Below are positions 38,411 to 51,318 of a stretch of DNA of 52,394 bases, piece after piece; positions within the stretch are counted from its first letter, which is position 1; the number at the start of each line of letters is the position of its first letter. The stretch comes from Girardia tigrina (lineage: Eukaryota). Location of the stretch: the NCBI GenBank assembly GCA_001938485.1, contig MQRK01237968.1, forward strand, positions 1 to 52,394, in the 5' to 3' direction. The notes under the pieces are model-generated. The model made no database searches. It saw nothing but the letters and a program-made list of their open reading frames with translations, and was not told the DNA's origin. Position numbers and translations under genes: made by a program.

Positions 38411-40773
38411 TGTAACATGTTATAATCCTATAATTATTAATGAAATATTTGTTTTAACAATAAATTTTTGTTAAAAGCGTGATTTGTTTTTTTTGTTACA
38501 TCTCAATTTGTTCAAACTTACAAGCTACTCGGCCAAGATGAAGACATTGATTAAAACTGTTAAACAGTACAATGGAGAAGAGGATATTAGAAAGTGGATA
38601 TGTTGAAAATGATCTGTGGGAATATCAGCGAATGTTTATTAATGATTGTCCTATCAATAAACTCGATTGGGTTTTGGATTGGCTTCAGCTCCGAAGATCA
38701 TGAATAGAATACTAGACTTTATTTTAGAAACTCAGAATGTATTTAAAAAATGGGTATCTTATTATGTGGACGACTTGATTGTAAATGAAAATATAGTTTA
38801 GGTTTCGGAAGTGAGAAATCATTTAGAAAATTATGGACTGATATGTAAAGAACAAGAAAAAATTAGCACGACAACAGTTATTGGGCTTCAGATGTATTTG
38901 AAGCAATACGTATTGATGTGGAAAAGAACGAATAATTTTAATATAGCGGAGGATCAAGTAATGACGAAGGAATGAATTTATTCTATATGTGGTAAATTAA
39001 CTGGACACTATCCTGTATGTGGATGGTTGAGGGTATCGTGTAGCTATTTAAAACGAATGTGTAACGGAATAGATTGGAATCAACCGGTATCACGTATAAC
39101 AGAAGTTTTGATGAATGATTTATTAGACAGAGTAAATAAAGACGATCCTGTGAAGGGCGTATGGAATTCATCAACATCAACGTCAACTAAATGGAAAGTT
39201 TGATGTAACGCAAGTAAGATAGCAACAGGATGTGTTGTTGAGTGTAATGGGAATACGTTAGAGGACGGTAGTTGGCTTAGAAAAGAAGATGATTCGAGTC
39301 ATATAAATGTAGTTGAACTAGAGTCGGTGATCAAAGGATTAAATATGATCTTAAAATGGAACGTGAAAGAGTTTGGCATAATGACAGATTCTCAAGCAGT
39401 GTGTGGTTGGTTAAACTCCGTTGTTGATCAGAATAAAAAAAAATAAAAGTAAGTGGAATAAATGAAATGTTGGTCGAGCGTCGTTTAAAAATGATTGAAG
39501 ATATAATTGGAGAATTTGATCTTCGATGTAAATGTGTGTGGATACATTCAGAGCAGGATATTATAGATCGAATGACTCGAGTAAAACGAAGTTGGCTGGA
39601 TATGGAAAAGCCAAATGTAGCAATGACTGTAAGTGAGTGTAAATCTGCAATATCTGACATCAGAGAACATCCTAATTTGCACCATATGGGTGTTGAAAAG
39701 ACCATTTATTTACTCGAGAGATATGGGATAGCAGCAGACGTTGATGAAGTTAAAATGGTGATAAAAGAGTGTAATAAATGCAACAGTATCAATCCGTCAC
39801 CGAAGAGAGTAACTCATGATTCGTTAAGTATTCAAAGTAATTGGGAACGTTTAGCGTTAGACCATACACATTACAATGGTATTATGTACTTGTCAATGAT
39901 AGACCAAGTAGATTTTCTGTATGGAAACGCGTGAATTCTGAATCGGCTCAGGATGTGATTGCACAATGTCAAATTGTATATTCAGAAAGAGGACCTCCAC
40001 GAGAAATCTGGGTGGATAATGGAACTGCGTTTAGGTCATCAGAATTCGAAATGTTGAGTAACTCATGGGAGTAAATATTATTTATAGATGTGCATATAGG
40101 CCATCGACAAATGGTATTGGGGAGAGATGCCATCGCACAATTAAACAAATTGCGAAGAGGTCTCATATTCCTGTATGGAAAGTAGTATTTTACTACAATG
40201 TAGTATCTTGTGGAAAGGTGCAGACAAGGTAGTTCCAGTAAAGTCTATATACAGATATAACATCAGATTACCAGTAATGCGTGATGTAGCTGAAAAAACG
40301 GTAAAAATGAATGGAAAATCGGTGATAAGATGTTTATTAAACCTCGTCAACATACACGATGCACGGACACATGGACAACGGGTGTCGTAACAAAGGTGGT
40401 TAGTGATAAGTGTGTTGATGTTGATGGAGTACTGAGACACATTCAGGACATACGATAGAGACAAGAAGAGAACATCGGACTGTCGGATATGGAGGTTGAC
40501 GGAAAAAACGAAATACAAGTTGGATATAGCAGTAGTAGTAGTAGTTACGAGGAAGAATCTGACGATCAAGTCAATCAGGACATTTGCATACGACGATCCA
40601 GCAGAACTCGGAAGAGACCTGATTGGTTAAACGATTATGTGAACTAGGGTTCAGGTTTGGATATAATTATTAATGAAATATTGGTTTTAATACTGAGGTT
40701 TTTGTTGTAACAATAAATTTTTGTTAAAAGTGATTTGTTTTTTTTGTTTCATCTCAATTTGTTCAAACTTACA
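38411..40773 (+). mobile_element. internally deleted two-LTR Gypsy-type element (same lineage as 18000-19927) inside the Scratch intron
   Basis: LTRs 38411-38522 and ~40660-40773, both ending CAAACTTACA. Flanks AACCC/AATCT. Gag start MKTLIKTVKQYNGE, RT YYVDDL, RNase H EDGSWLRK..DSSHINVVEL, integrase HH-CC and VDNG. Confidence 0.9.
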
Positions 40774-41094
40774 AATCTACAAGGTCATGTTATGCAAGCT
40801 AAAATTACAGCCAATAAAACATACTATTCTCCAAAGATATGACAAAAAGTGTACCCAATACTCTTATTAGACCGTCAAGTATGAAATTTGTAGATCTAAA
40901 GTTAAAGCCTATTGATAATTTACCAATATAAATATTTACATTTACACACTTTTTTACAGAATTTTCGAATTTGAAGTTTTTTCCTTACAAAAACGATGTT
41001 CAAATTGAGAAAGAAATAGTAGTCAATTGGGTCTTGGTTATTATGGATGATAATTCAGAAGTTCCAACTAGAAGTTCAAGTAGTTTGTCACTGC

Positions 41095-41385
41095 CATAAA
41101 CACAGTATGTGTTTTTGCATAGTCATGGAGCAAGATTTGAGTCGACATGTTTACCAAACGCAACTGTTTTTCTCTCTATGTTTTTACATAATATCTTCCA
41201 ATTAGTTCTAGTAGACATCTGCTGTGATCGAGGAACCAGGTTTAATGAAGTCATCATTAATTAGCATGAGCTTCTCTTTTGTGTATGTTGTACTGTGGAC
41301 TGCGTTTTGGTGCTTCGTGACTCTTGATAATTCAGAAAATAATGACTTGAATAAAATTAATAAGTATGAACTAATTGTCGCGTTA
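41095..41385 (-). mobile_element. internally deleted mariner remnant in the Scratch intron
   Basis: DFIKPGSSITADVY*N*LEDIM...ILLHDYAKTH. Confidence 0.65.
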
Positions 41386-42728
41386 TGTCGAAGAGCTAAA
41401 AGTTTTAATAGTACATACTCTGTAACAAGATCATATAGGAACAAGTTCCTTCGTATAATATGCATAAAAAATTCTTTAAAGAAGATCTGAATGCATAATG
41501 TCTGACATTAATTATTCTTCAGTCCAATAGATTAGAAACTCCTTAAACAAATCTACTCTAATTAAGTTTCTTTTCCATTTTTACACCAAAAAGTGTCTTA
41601 TTTGTTTGGAGAACAGAATCCTTTATCCCCTGAGGGTCTTAATCATTAAATTTAGACTATATTTTTTTCACGTTTGACTTGTAAATATTTTTATATGCAT
41701 ATCTTTCGTATTTTGATCAACCTGTGATCTAAAGAAGATTTCTTAGTTTTCATTCTACTCCTACACCATCGGATTTATTTATTTATTTCTTCACATTCTT
41801 CTCATTTTATTGAAATAATAAACTTTAGTGTCGTCACATTTAAAAAGGATTATGTTTCTTCAAGTTCATAAAAATTATCGATAATAACAAATAATGAAGT
41901 TTGATTTTGTAATAAATTATTAAGTTGAAGTTTGTATTTATTATGAATAAAGAGTTCTTAAGAGTTCCTTGGACTGAAGGTTGTCCAAAGATCCATCTGG
42001 ATTTTGTCTTTATAAGCATGAAATAATGTTTGTGGAAGTAAAAATTTATGATAGAGGAAAGAATTCTTTATTTTAATAACATTTTTAAAAGTACTTTACA
42101 GGAATTTAATTTATATGAATCCTCTGAATATTGTCGGACCTCAGGAAAAAACGGAGAACTTTTTTCTGGGAAAATATCAAATTTTCCAACAGTAAATTAC
42201 AAAATAAATAGGAAATTTTCTATAGTATTTCTGAAAGTTTCAATAAAATTTATAATAAATAATTATAAAGAATTTTGGAAAGAAAAAATAATATTTTTTA
42301 TGCATTTTACAAATTTTTTATTGTTTCTTTTTAAAAACATTTTTTTTATTATTTTTCATCATTATTTACTTCATTATATTTTATTTTACTTTTAGTACAA
42401 TTATTATTCGTTTAATTCTTTATTAATTTTCATTTATTTATCAATAAAGAACATTTTATGCCAAATTTTCAGTAATTATCTATGGAAAAATTGCAAAAAA
42501 ATAATAAAATAAAATTGCTTTTACGTTGTTAATTTATTTAATTTTTCATTAATGTTTCATAAATTAATGAGAATTGAGCTTAAGAAGAGCAATTTATTTT
42601 ATATTTTCGGAAAAATATTTTTTAACAATAAAACTTTTTATTTTATTGGAATTAGTGTAAATAATATTAATAAAATATAGTAATTTTCTATTATTATATT
42701 ATTATTAAATACATAAAAATAAAATCAC

Positions 42729-43158
42729 CTTGCAAAAGCCAGGGTCGAGTGAATGTTTTCCCGCAAAAGTTACAATGGGACGGTTGAGACGAGGGTCTTC
42801 TTTTTTTGATAAAATAATTCAACAACGGATAATAAGATTTAATTTTTTTCGATTTCTCCAAACCAAACATTGATATATTATTGATAATGAAATTATTATT
42901 GTCCCAAAATTTGTTATTCAAAAAATTTTGTATAGCAATCGGATTATTGAGATCTTTTTCATGCTTCTTAAAGGGATCCTTCAGAATTGAATCAATCATA
43001 AATTCGTTAGTCTTTCTGTTGCCAGGAACGTTTTGCTCCAAAGGTTTTCCGATTTCATGGAATCCTTGTTTGAAGATCGACAGCGCCTTTAAATAATATT
43101 TTATTAGTTTATTTATATTACTTAAATTTTTAATATTATAAGAAATAATATTAATCAT
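42729..43158 (-). CDS. scrt: Scratch-like C2H2 zinc-finger gene, upstream exon (5' boundary uncertain)
   Basis: Ends HCNFCGKTFTRPWLLQ G|gtgatt (donor 42728-42727). RPWLLQGH is the Snail/Scratch hallmark. Phase-1 intron 42728-37954 (4775 nt). Alternative acceptor at 43087/43086. Confidence 0.88.
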
Positions 43159-44746
43159 TTTTCCACAATAAAATTATAATAAATATACGGATTTTAGATT
43201 TTCTTTTTTTTATTACTCTATAACATTAAATATTATTATTATAATTATTATTAATTATTATTATATATCTTTTATAAATATTAATTTTATTAATTCTTGA
43301 CATAATATTATAATAATTTATTTATATTATTAAAATTTTTATATAATAACTAGTATTAATTATTTTTCAACAATACAATTATAATAAAAATATAAATTTT
43401 GAATATTCTTTCTTTTATCACTTTATAACATAATATATAAGGATTATTATTATAATTTACCCGACCTACCTCGGTCAAATTGAGTTTGTCCATGATTGAA
43501 CTGCGACTGGGAATGAGCTACGAAAAAGTATCGTTTACAACGAAAAAATGAGGGATAATATTCCAAAAACTTCAAGAGACTAGTCAACAAACACATGTCA
43601 TTATCTGTCAACTATCCATAAGTGTGGTCAAATATTCGGACCGATAATAATGTTCTGGATATAAATTTCCTGAAAAAACCAATCCTGCTGGGATAGGTAA
43701 ATCAGAATCTATGGTAAATTAGCTGCGGTATTACTGACCAACTGATGTTTGGAGGGAAACTTGACAGAGTTGTGATTGCTAGATGAATTAATGATGTCCA
43801 CAACGTTCATTAGTAGATTGTAACTGCCACTCGCAAAGGAATCCAGTGAGAGGACACCAGCAACTGTGTTATTAACAGCAAACAACACCATGATTGTAAA
43901 ATATGACAAAAACAACATCAGTGACAGTGACTGTGTTAAATGGCTTAGTATTTATACCAATTAGTATTTCACCCATTCGACAAGTTGTTCGATGACCCCT
44001 CTAGTGGTCTCTTATTTGAAATTAACAGTTGTTGGTGCGGAAAATTGTCCATTAGCTTGTCAGTTTTTCTTGGCTGTTTCCTATACAATTTTAATGTGAT
44101 GATAATTGAATGGTAGCCCCTTAATTGAAATGAACTTCATCTGTCCGATTTATCAATTTGGTTTCATCGCTATAATTAACGGGTTTTTACTTCGTTTAGT
44201 GGTTGAAAATCAAATGGGAAATTGATGCGTATCTCTCCCAATCGGCAGTGACCAATATCCATTTTCCATGTATAACATTTTTTTTTAAAAAAAAACAAAA
44301 CAGAACTATCGGATTATTCCACTTTAATTATTCGTTACACAATATTTAATTATTTATTTAGAATTTTTTAATTATTTTGTGAATTTGTCATTACCAATTT
44401 ACATAAACAGAGAAAATATTTTATCAAAATTTTATTAAAAAATAAAATTAATAAAAGCTGTAGACGGATTTTCGGTTAAAGTTAAGACACGATTATTTAA
44501 TGGGATTTGTTTGTTTTTAATTAATATTATTAATTTCAATTATAAAACAAGAAGAAGTTTATTATTATAATTATTTATTTTTTTTTGTTTCTTCATTTTT
44601 ATCGAAATAATTTTTCTTTTGTATTTTCGTTGTTGAAATATTTATATTTTGATCTTTAATTTATTTTTATAAATTTGTTTTAAAAAATCCATTAAATTTG
44701 AATAACGAATAGCTCCTAATAGTATCATTAGACCTAATAATATCAC

Positions 44747-45008
44747 TTTTTTTCTGGAACCGTAGCCTTTGGGCCCTGGGTGCACTCAATTATGCATAAG
44801 CCTATGGCTTGGGTTTGCATATATTGAGTGTTTCAGTAGGCGAGGAACCTGGTGGCGCCTATGTCCTCTCCAGGTATGGATAGCCGTTGGCTCCAAGGAG
44901 CGCATCCGCCCTTTGCTAGGTTTTGTTTTTCATCCTGCTAGGTATCCACAAACCTCTTCACCCAGGTTGAGGTTTAGGTGAGGCAGCCGGTTTAGTCGCC
45001 AACTATTC
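44747..45008 (-). mobile_element. ~260-bp GC-rich SINE-like retroposon with A-tail and ~16-bp TSD
   Basis: T-run at 44747-44753. Flanking direct repeats GACCTAATAATATCAC (44731-44746) / GACC-AATAATATTAC (45009-45023). Sharp GC contrast with the flanks. Confidence 0.7.
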
Positions 45009-45299
45009 GACCAATAATATTACTAGTAGTGAAAAAATATAAAAAAACACTTTTATATTAGAAAAGATTTTAGGAATTATTTGTATAATACACATTCGAA
45101 AATATATCTAGTGAAAAAATAATAATATAAAAATTTATAAAAATATACTAGAATAAATAAAACATTTAATAAATAAAAAAGTGTAACTGTCTTTTCAAAA
45201 ACATAAAATAAAAAAATATTTTTTTAAGAATAAAAATAGATATTCAAGAATTAATTTGACACTAGCAATTATTTCAAATATTATATTTGAATCTCCTTT

Positions 45300-46460
45300 A
45301 TTGGAGCTCACGGCACGACACCAGAATTCCATATATTTTTTTACGGCATACCCTTGAACCAGAATCGGCATTCGCCATAGAGTTAAGAAATTCTAATGGT
45401 CACTGTATAGATTCCACTAGGGTCGGTTACACTCCTCAACCTCTGTTGCGCAACAGCCATGAGTAAAATTTCTGTCTTCTCATGTAGTTTTGCACAATTG
45501 CGATTAAGGTTATTTATCCGTTTTAACTGATTTTCATTTACAAGCCGTCCATGAAAACTATTAGCAACATCACAACTTGAGTGTAAACATTTAATAACAA
45601 CACAAACATTTTCCATAGCAATTTCTGTGGGAAGCGTCATTCTTGATTAATGTTTTTGTATATTCTTTCAAATCTTAAAATTAATTAATGGTACAAGTTT
45701 AATATTAACTTTTTATTTCTCAAATTTTATTGGATAAAAATGCATTAAGTAATTTTTAAAATAAACATTAATTTTTAAAATATATTAGATTCAATAACTT
45801 AAAATCGTTTACTAAAAATATTATTAAAATTTATAATTATAAAACTTTTAATTAATTAATATTTAAAAATTAATCTCATTAAATTAATTTCATTAGATTT
45901 AAATAATTAATCAATAACATATCAATCCCATCNGAGTAGGAGAGTCANAAATCTAAACAGCATACAAACAACAAACTTANAACATCCCGAATTTTCCCTC
46001 ACAAAAACCTTGCCTTGTAAACCCTCATATATNTCTCTATGGTGGAGAACAGTTGAACAACCAGGGTTGCTTTTTCCTTGGAGGTGAACGGTCTGACTCC
46101 GCATATAACTCATCAGAACGCCTTAATATNGAATAGNTATTAGTAGAATAGCTACTAGGCTCCNATGACTTCTTACTAACATCTTGTTACACTTATTCTA
46201 GNGTTTTTCTCTAGGATTGCCTGTAATCCATGGAAGGATTTATATAATTCACTCACTTGTCTATTAATTATACCCGACTGGTCGTTNTAATTTTATTGTA
46301 TNTGAAACCGAAGCTCATCTTCTCCATATAGTCTTCTTCCGCCTGAATCATCCTCTATGAAATCCGAAAATACTTANCATTAACACTGACAAGGGTAAGG
46401 TCTTTTGTATGTAAGCTCTGAAAACTGCAATCCTCTAATAATTTTGATGAANCATAATTA
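45300..46460 (-). mobile_element. non-LTR retrotransposon remnant (post-RT region, R4/RLE-like), split by a solo LTR
   Basis: DSGGRRL (GGRGL-like), LQGKVF|HGRL and KLHEKTEILLMAVAQQRL resemble the K.LHG...L..ETE..I.A.Q.Q.L region of such LINEs. Confidence 0.55.
45559..46003 (-). repeat. solo LTR, subfamily A-like, 5-bp TSD GTTTT
   Basis: Homologous to the 13405 and 16109 copies. Plus-strand AAAAC at 45554-45558 and 46004-46008. Ends GTTGCTAATA. Confidence 0.92.
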
Positions 46461-46589
46461 GTGGGACAGATTAAATTTATAACATGCACAAAATAAATAA
46501 AGTNAAAATATAAATGAATATGTTNATAAAAAACAAACTAAATCGTATTCTAATTTTTATGCAATACANGGTTTTCCACTTAATTTAAT

Positions 46590-46925
46590 CCGGTGTGCAA
46601 ATAAATAAATTATTTTANCCTCTATCAATAGATGTTGTTGACACATTCACATTAATATTTGATAATTTAGATTTTAACTTTTTCAATGTTATCGATACAT
46701 CACTTTCAATTTCTTGTCTGATTATGTGTTCAGCTTCATTTGTAATTTTCTNGTCTTTTNNTGTTCTCANCTTTTTAGTTTCAAATGTTCCAGTATTTTT
46801 GTATAACTTTTCTATTGACGTCCATTTCAGCACTGATCTGTGCATGAGTTTTCCATTCTTTGTATTTTTATAATAACACTCCGTTCATCATCAGAAACCT
46901 TGCGTTTAATTTGGATATTTTGCAT
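46590..46925 (-). mobile_element. Tc1/IS630-like transposase N-terminal (HTH) remnant
   Basis: VSDDERSVII...YKNTG...KITNEAEHIIRQEIESDVSITLKKLKSKL...VSTTSIDR. Confidence 0.7.
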
Positions 46926-47829
46926 TTGTAAGGGCTTTTTTAAATAAATTTAAACAAGATATATTTAGGTATTTTGACTAATTTTTCTTATGAAAGACTT
47001 TTGTAGGAATCATCTGAAGGATTTGGACAAGGAATGATGAGAACCATTTCCATTTGAATAGAATATTTTATTCAATTTTCAAAGCCTAGGAAACAATTTT
47101 ATTTTATGTTCTATATATAATACGAACCTCTTTATTCTAACTTCAAACTCTTTGGTAAGATCAACTATTTATTTTCTGATTCTCGACAATTTAACTTATA
47201 AAATTTTAATTTTACTTAACAAAAATACGTGATTATTTTATAAGACCTAATAGAAATAAATTATTAAATATTAAACTATTTTGCATCAGTGTGGATTAGA
47301 AAAGCAAGGGAAATTTATTTTCAAAAAGAAGGAATAATTTAATTGCATCAATTTTTTCGCTTTTAATCCTTTCATACCGACTTTTGTACAAAAAAATTAA
47401 ATTTACTTTCAATTATTTTTGATAAATTTAGAGAAAAGTTTTATAATTTTAATACTTTCGTTTCACTTGTAAAATGTACAAAAGAGTGAAAGGAGAAAGG
47501 ATTTTAAATTCTAAAATAAACAATTTTTGATTATATATTATATTTAATATTTTGTTTATACGTGTTTATACAAAACATTTAATTCTTAACACATTGTCTA
47601 CCGGTCATGAGTTAACTCGAGTTTGCCCGTCACATTAAATAGATTCAGTCAGGCATTATTCTAACGTGTAGTTGAGACAAAAATGTGTAGTTGAGAAAGT
47701 ATTTTGTGCAGTTGAAATCACGATTTCAATATTAGATGTAGCACTTGTCGTGTATTTCGGCATAAAATGTAATTTTCACGTTTGTTTGAAAGGTTTTTGG
47801 TCAGTTTTGTGTATTATAACAGTATTTTA

Positions 47830-48165
47830 AAACTTAATTTTTAAATAGCTCATTAATCTTCTGGAATATTTCTGAGGGAATTTTATCCGCGATTTAAATC
47901 TCTTTAAACTCATTCATTATCTCTAAGATATTTTTCTATTTAAAAATGCATTTCTAATCCCTGTTTCCTAGCTGTATCCTGGTGTTTTATCATATTTGAT
48001 GATTGTGTCTGGTTTCATCAATGTTGTTAGAAATACCGCTGCGCATTCTTTTCTTAAATACCATAATTTTTGCCTATATGTCGAACATTATTAGGAATTC
48101 TTCAAATTTTACTCCTGTCCCGTAGAATTTATCCTGTCCTCTAATAATTAGTGTCACTTATTCAT
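47830..48165 (-). mobile_element. Gypsy gag N-terminal remnant homologous to the gag at 9020
   Basis: IIRGQDKFYGTG..FEEF...KYDKTPGYS*ETGIRNAFLNRKNILEIMNEF.....P.EIFQKINEL aligns with KYSEMDGKN*KEKLKAAFTKEKSILDTMKEL.....PEETYKKAEGL. Confidence 0.6.
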
Positions 48166-48169
48166 TGTG

Positions 48170-48800
48170 AAATCATTGATGGTACTGGGCAAAGATCTGC
48201 TGTTTGATGATGCTACCACCAAACATTTGGTTCAATGAGGACATACAGTTCATCTCATGATGAACTTATGGAAACCGCTTGATCAGAGTCAAGCGCCTTC
48301 TGAAAAGCTGAAACACTCCGAGGATCCAGGAATGATATGGTTTTTCTCAAATGAGAAGAACCAGAAGATAAACCGCCAAAATGATCGGTGGCTGTGTAAA
48401 AGCTTGATGACGTACCTACTATTATCCATACCAAATCTTCAGCATCATTGATGGTTCTCAGTGTTATTAGTAGTAAAAGTGATGTGATGCTTCCCCATGT
48501 TTTACTTCAGGTGCCAGAGCTAATGCAGTTGATTATCCCGAAGTGTTATCCAAAGTTTTCAAGCCTTGAATTGTTACTGTAGAACGTGGGAGATCGTATG
48601 CTTTTTAACAAGACTCATCATGTCAAACAGCCAGAACAAACCAAGAATGGATGATTAAGAATTTTCACGAACATGTCCCACCTTAAGTTCGGCTCCCCAG
48701 TTTACCAGATGTCAATCCACAGTTTTTATGTGTAGGGCGTAGTTGAGAGGGACTTCAATAGTCATCTACACAACATGGTTTCAGCTCTCAATAATTCCGA
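48170..48800 (+). mobile_element. maT (DD37D-type) transposase remnant
   Basis: IWFFSNEKN...QKINRQNDRWL, MVLSVISS.SDVM.P, QDS, PSLPDVNP. Confidence 0.75.
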
Positions 48801-49732
48801 TTTCAAACCGATTTTCCTAATCGGAACGAATTTAAAAATCACTTTATGCAACGTTTTTTGAGGTCTTTCATATGAACAATATTTAAATTTTTACAATCGA
48901 TAAAAAACAAAATATTAGACAATCAAAAATGATTAAAATACTTCATATCACAAACACGTAATTTATTTCAAAAAATCGATTCCCTTTTGATTTTTTATTT
49001 AACTTCAGTTTTGATTGATTTAATAAAATTAACTCATAATTTTTATTCTCCATTATTTGATGACGTTATTATTGATCGAATTTAAATTGAGAATTGTCGG
49101 AGTGATTTTTCATTTACTTAAAGCTATTTAATTATTAAGTGATTGTTTTCGAGTTGAAATATTCTTAAGACTAACTGAACATTTGAAATGATCAATTCAA
49201 AATCATGGCGGATGGTTTGGTTTTGAAAGTCAAAAAATTTTCTTTAACTTCTGATAATCGATTTTGATCAATTTCCGCATTGTTAATTTTCCTTTTCATT
49301 TGATATTTCATTTTTTTCATGTTCGACTAATATTTCGCGCCCACCGAAAAGAAAGAATTGATCTTCCGTTTAACCCCCCCCCCCTTCCGCGGGTGGATCG
49401 AACAAAAATTAACTTTCAAAAACCGCAAAACATTAATAATATTATTTTTTATATTTAAATTTAAAATCAAAACGAAAATTATTGCTTTTATAATCTTAGA
49501 ATTCATAATAATTAAAATTATTAATTAAAATAATTTTCATTTGGAATTTTTGAGTTTAAAAGTTATTGAATTTTATAATAGTTGTTATTTTTCATTAGTT
49601 CGAAATTCTGAGATTTTTATTTTGAACAAATGACACATTACAAAAAAAAAGAAATTCAAAATCGATTTTTATTTTTACTGCATTATAGGTTGTTAAACTT
49701 ATATAGCACAATCTTATTTGTTCACATTATTA

Positions 49733-50009
49733 CGGCAGGGGGCCGAGTAGAAAACCAAAGGATTTTATGAAAACAAAATGTATTTAATTAAACACATGAT
49801 CAAGGCAAACAAATGTATATTTGCATAAATAAAACTACAGCTTCCTAGATTCCACATCTTCGAAAGTGTTGCAACAATGACGGAGGACATTTTGAACATC
49901 TCTGAACACCAAGTTTATTTATGTAAATATAATTGTTTACCTTCATCACGTGTTTAATTAAATACACTTTGGTTTCATAAAATCCTTTGGTGTTCTACTG
50001 GGCACCTTG
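49733..50009. mobile_element. ~280-bp Tc1/mariner-type MITE with ~100-bp TIRs
   Basis: ...AGTAGAAAACCAAAGGATTTTATGAAAACAAAATGTATTTAATTAAACAC... is the reverse complement of ...GTGTTTAATTAAATACACTTTGGTTTCATAAAATCCTTTGGTGTTCTACT. TA at both ends. Confidence 0.85.
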
Positions 50010-50114
50010 TAGATGTATTAAAGTGGAGTGTCAATGAAAAAGCTCATTATTGAAATAAACAGAGAATATTTGATAAAAATTTGATTTAGAAAGATTTATT
50101 CACATCTATGATGA

Positions 50115-50329
50115 TTACAAAAAAGTTAGTTTTTCTTGCATTATGATATTATTTTGAGACAATAGTCGACCGATACCCATTTGAAGATACTTAGCGCCAG
50201 GAGATGAATTTGATTTATAGAAATAATGGAAATGCAGAACAAGAGGGACATGGACAGTACTTTGACTTGAGCACTTGTACTCGATCACAGTGGCTCCATC
50301 CAAATATTTATCGATAATCTCGAAATAAC
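50115..50329 (-). CDS. candidate terminal exon of an unknown gene
   Basis: Acceptor ttttgtacag|GT after AT-rich intron-like DNA. 71 codons (including stop) after a phase-1 junction: (G)YFEIIDKYLDGATVIEYKC...KLTFL*. No recognisable domain. Confidence 0.35.
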
Positions 50330-51318
50330 CTGTACAAAATTTCCAGTATTAAAAATCAAAAAATATAATTTTTTTTCTTATTTCCATTAAATAAAATAAA
50401 AAATTATTAATACTAATTATTTAATTTATTTCCAGAGTAAATTAATTTTTACTAAAAAAACGTAATTTTATTTAAATTTGATGTAATTTCACAATTTAAA
50501 AGTTTTATTTAATTAGTTATTTAAGTATATTAATTAGAAATTATTATAGGAAAATAATGAAATTAATATTTATAAATATAATTTAATAAAAAATGAGGTA
50601 GATAAAGTAAAATTGAAAAATTAATTGCCAATCTCAATTAGCTCATAACGGAAGCAATGTCACCAGTCCACAAATGAATGGTGTTTGTTTTCCACAGATT
50701 CTATGATGCTGGAATCGTGGTAGAGACCAAAATGCAGTAAAATAATCATTTGATTTTGAAAAAAATGTATTTAAAACAATTTTTAAATCAATATTTTAGA
50801 GATGAATATTTGACGATATTTTCAAAGACTTCAGAAACAAATATTTTTTCTATGTTTTTATTTTTTTTTCTATGTCGTATTACGTTTACATTATCATCAG
50901 AAATACTCACATTTTTCTGAACATACTAGTTATTAATTAATAATTAAAAAAATAAATAAAAATATTCAAGCTTTTTCAAAATGAAAGAACAGATTTCATA
51001 AATTTAATCGAAACAAATTGGAGGAGGAAAACATATCCCGCAAATCATTGAATGGAGTTTGGTTCTTTAGTCCTGGGTTGCTTTTGCGGTAGGCACACTA
51101 CTTGATTGTGTGAACATATATATCGATACAAAAAATATATTTAAAATAAATACAAAAAAAGAAACGATACAATAAGATACAATCACAAATGCAATGCAGA
51201 TTTCGAATTTCTTTTAAATTGGGAAGCGTGCTTCTGTTTTCGCTAAAATCGTAATTTATGACCCTTATGAGGGCCGGTTCAATTGTTGCTGTATTTTAAC
51301 AACATTTAATCATGACCC

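Noticed and set aside
42048-42395. 115-aa ORF and similar F/I/L/K/N-rich ORFs (e.g. 1789, 3009, 23415, 27729, 51770)
   Set aside because: Composition reflects AT-rich noncoding DNA or the antisense of TE genes, with no domains.
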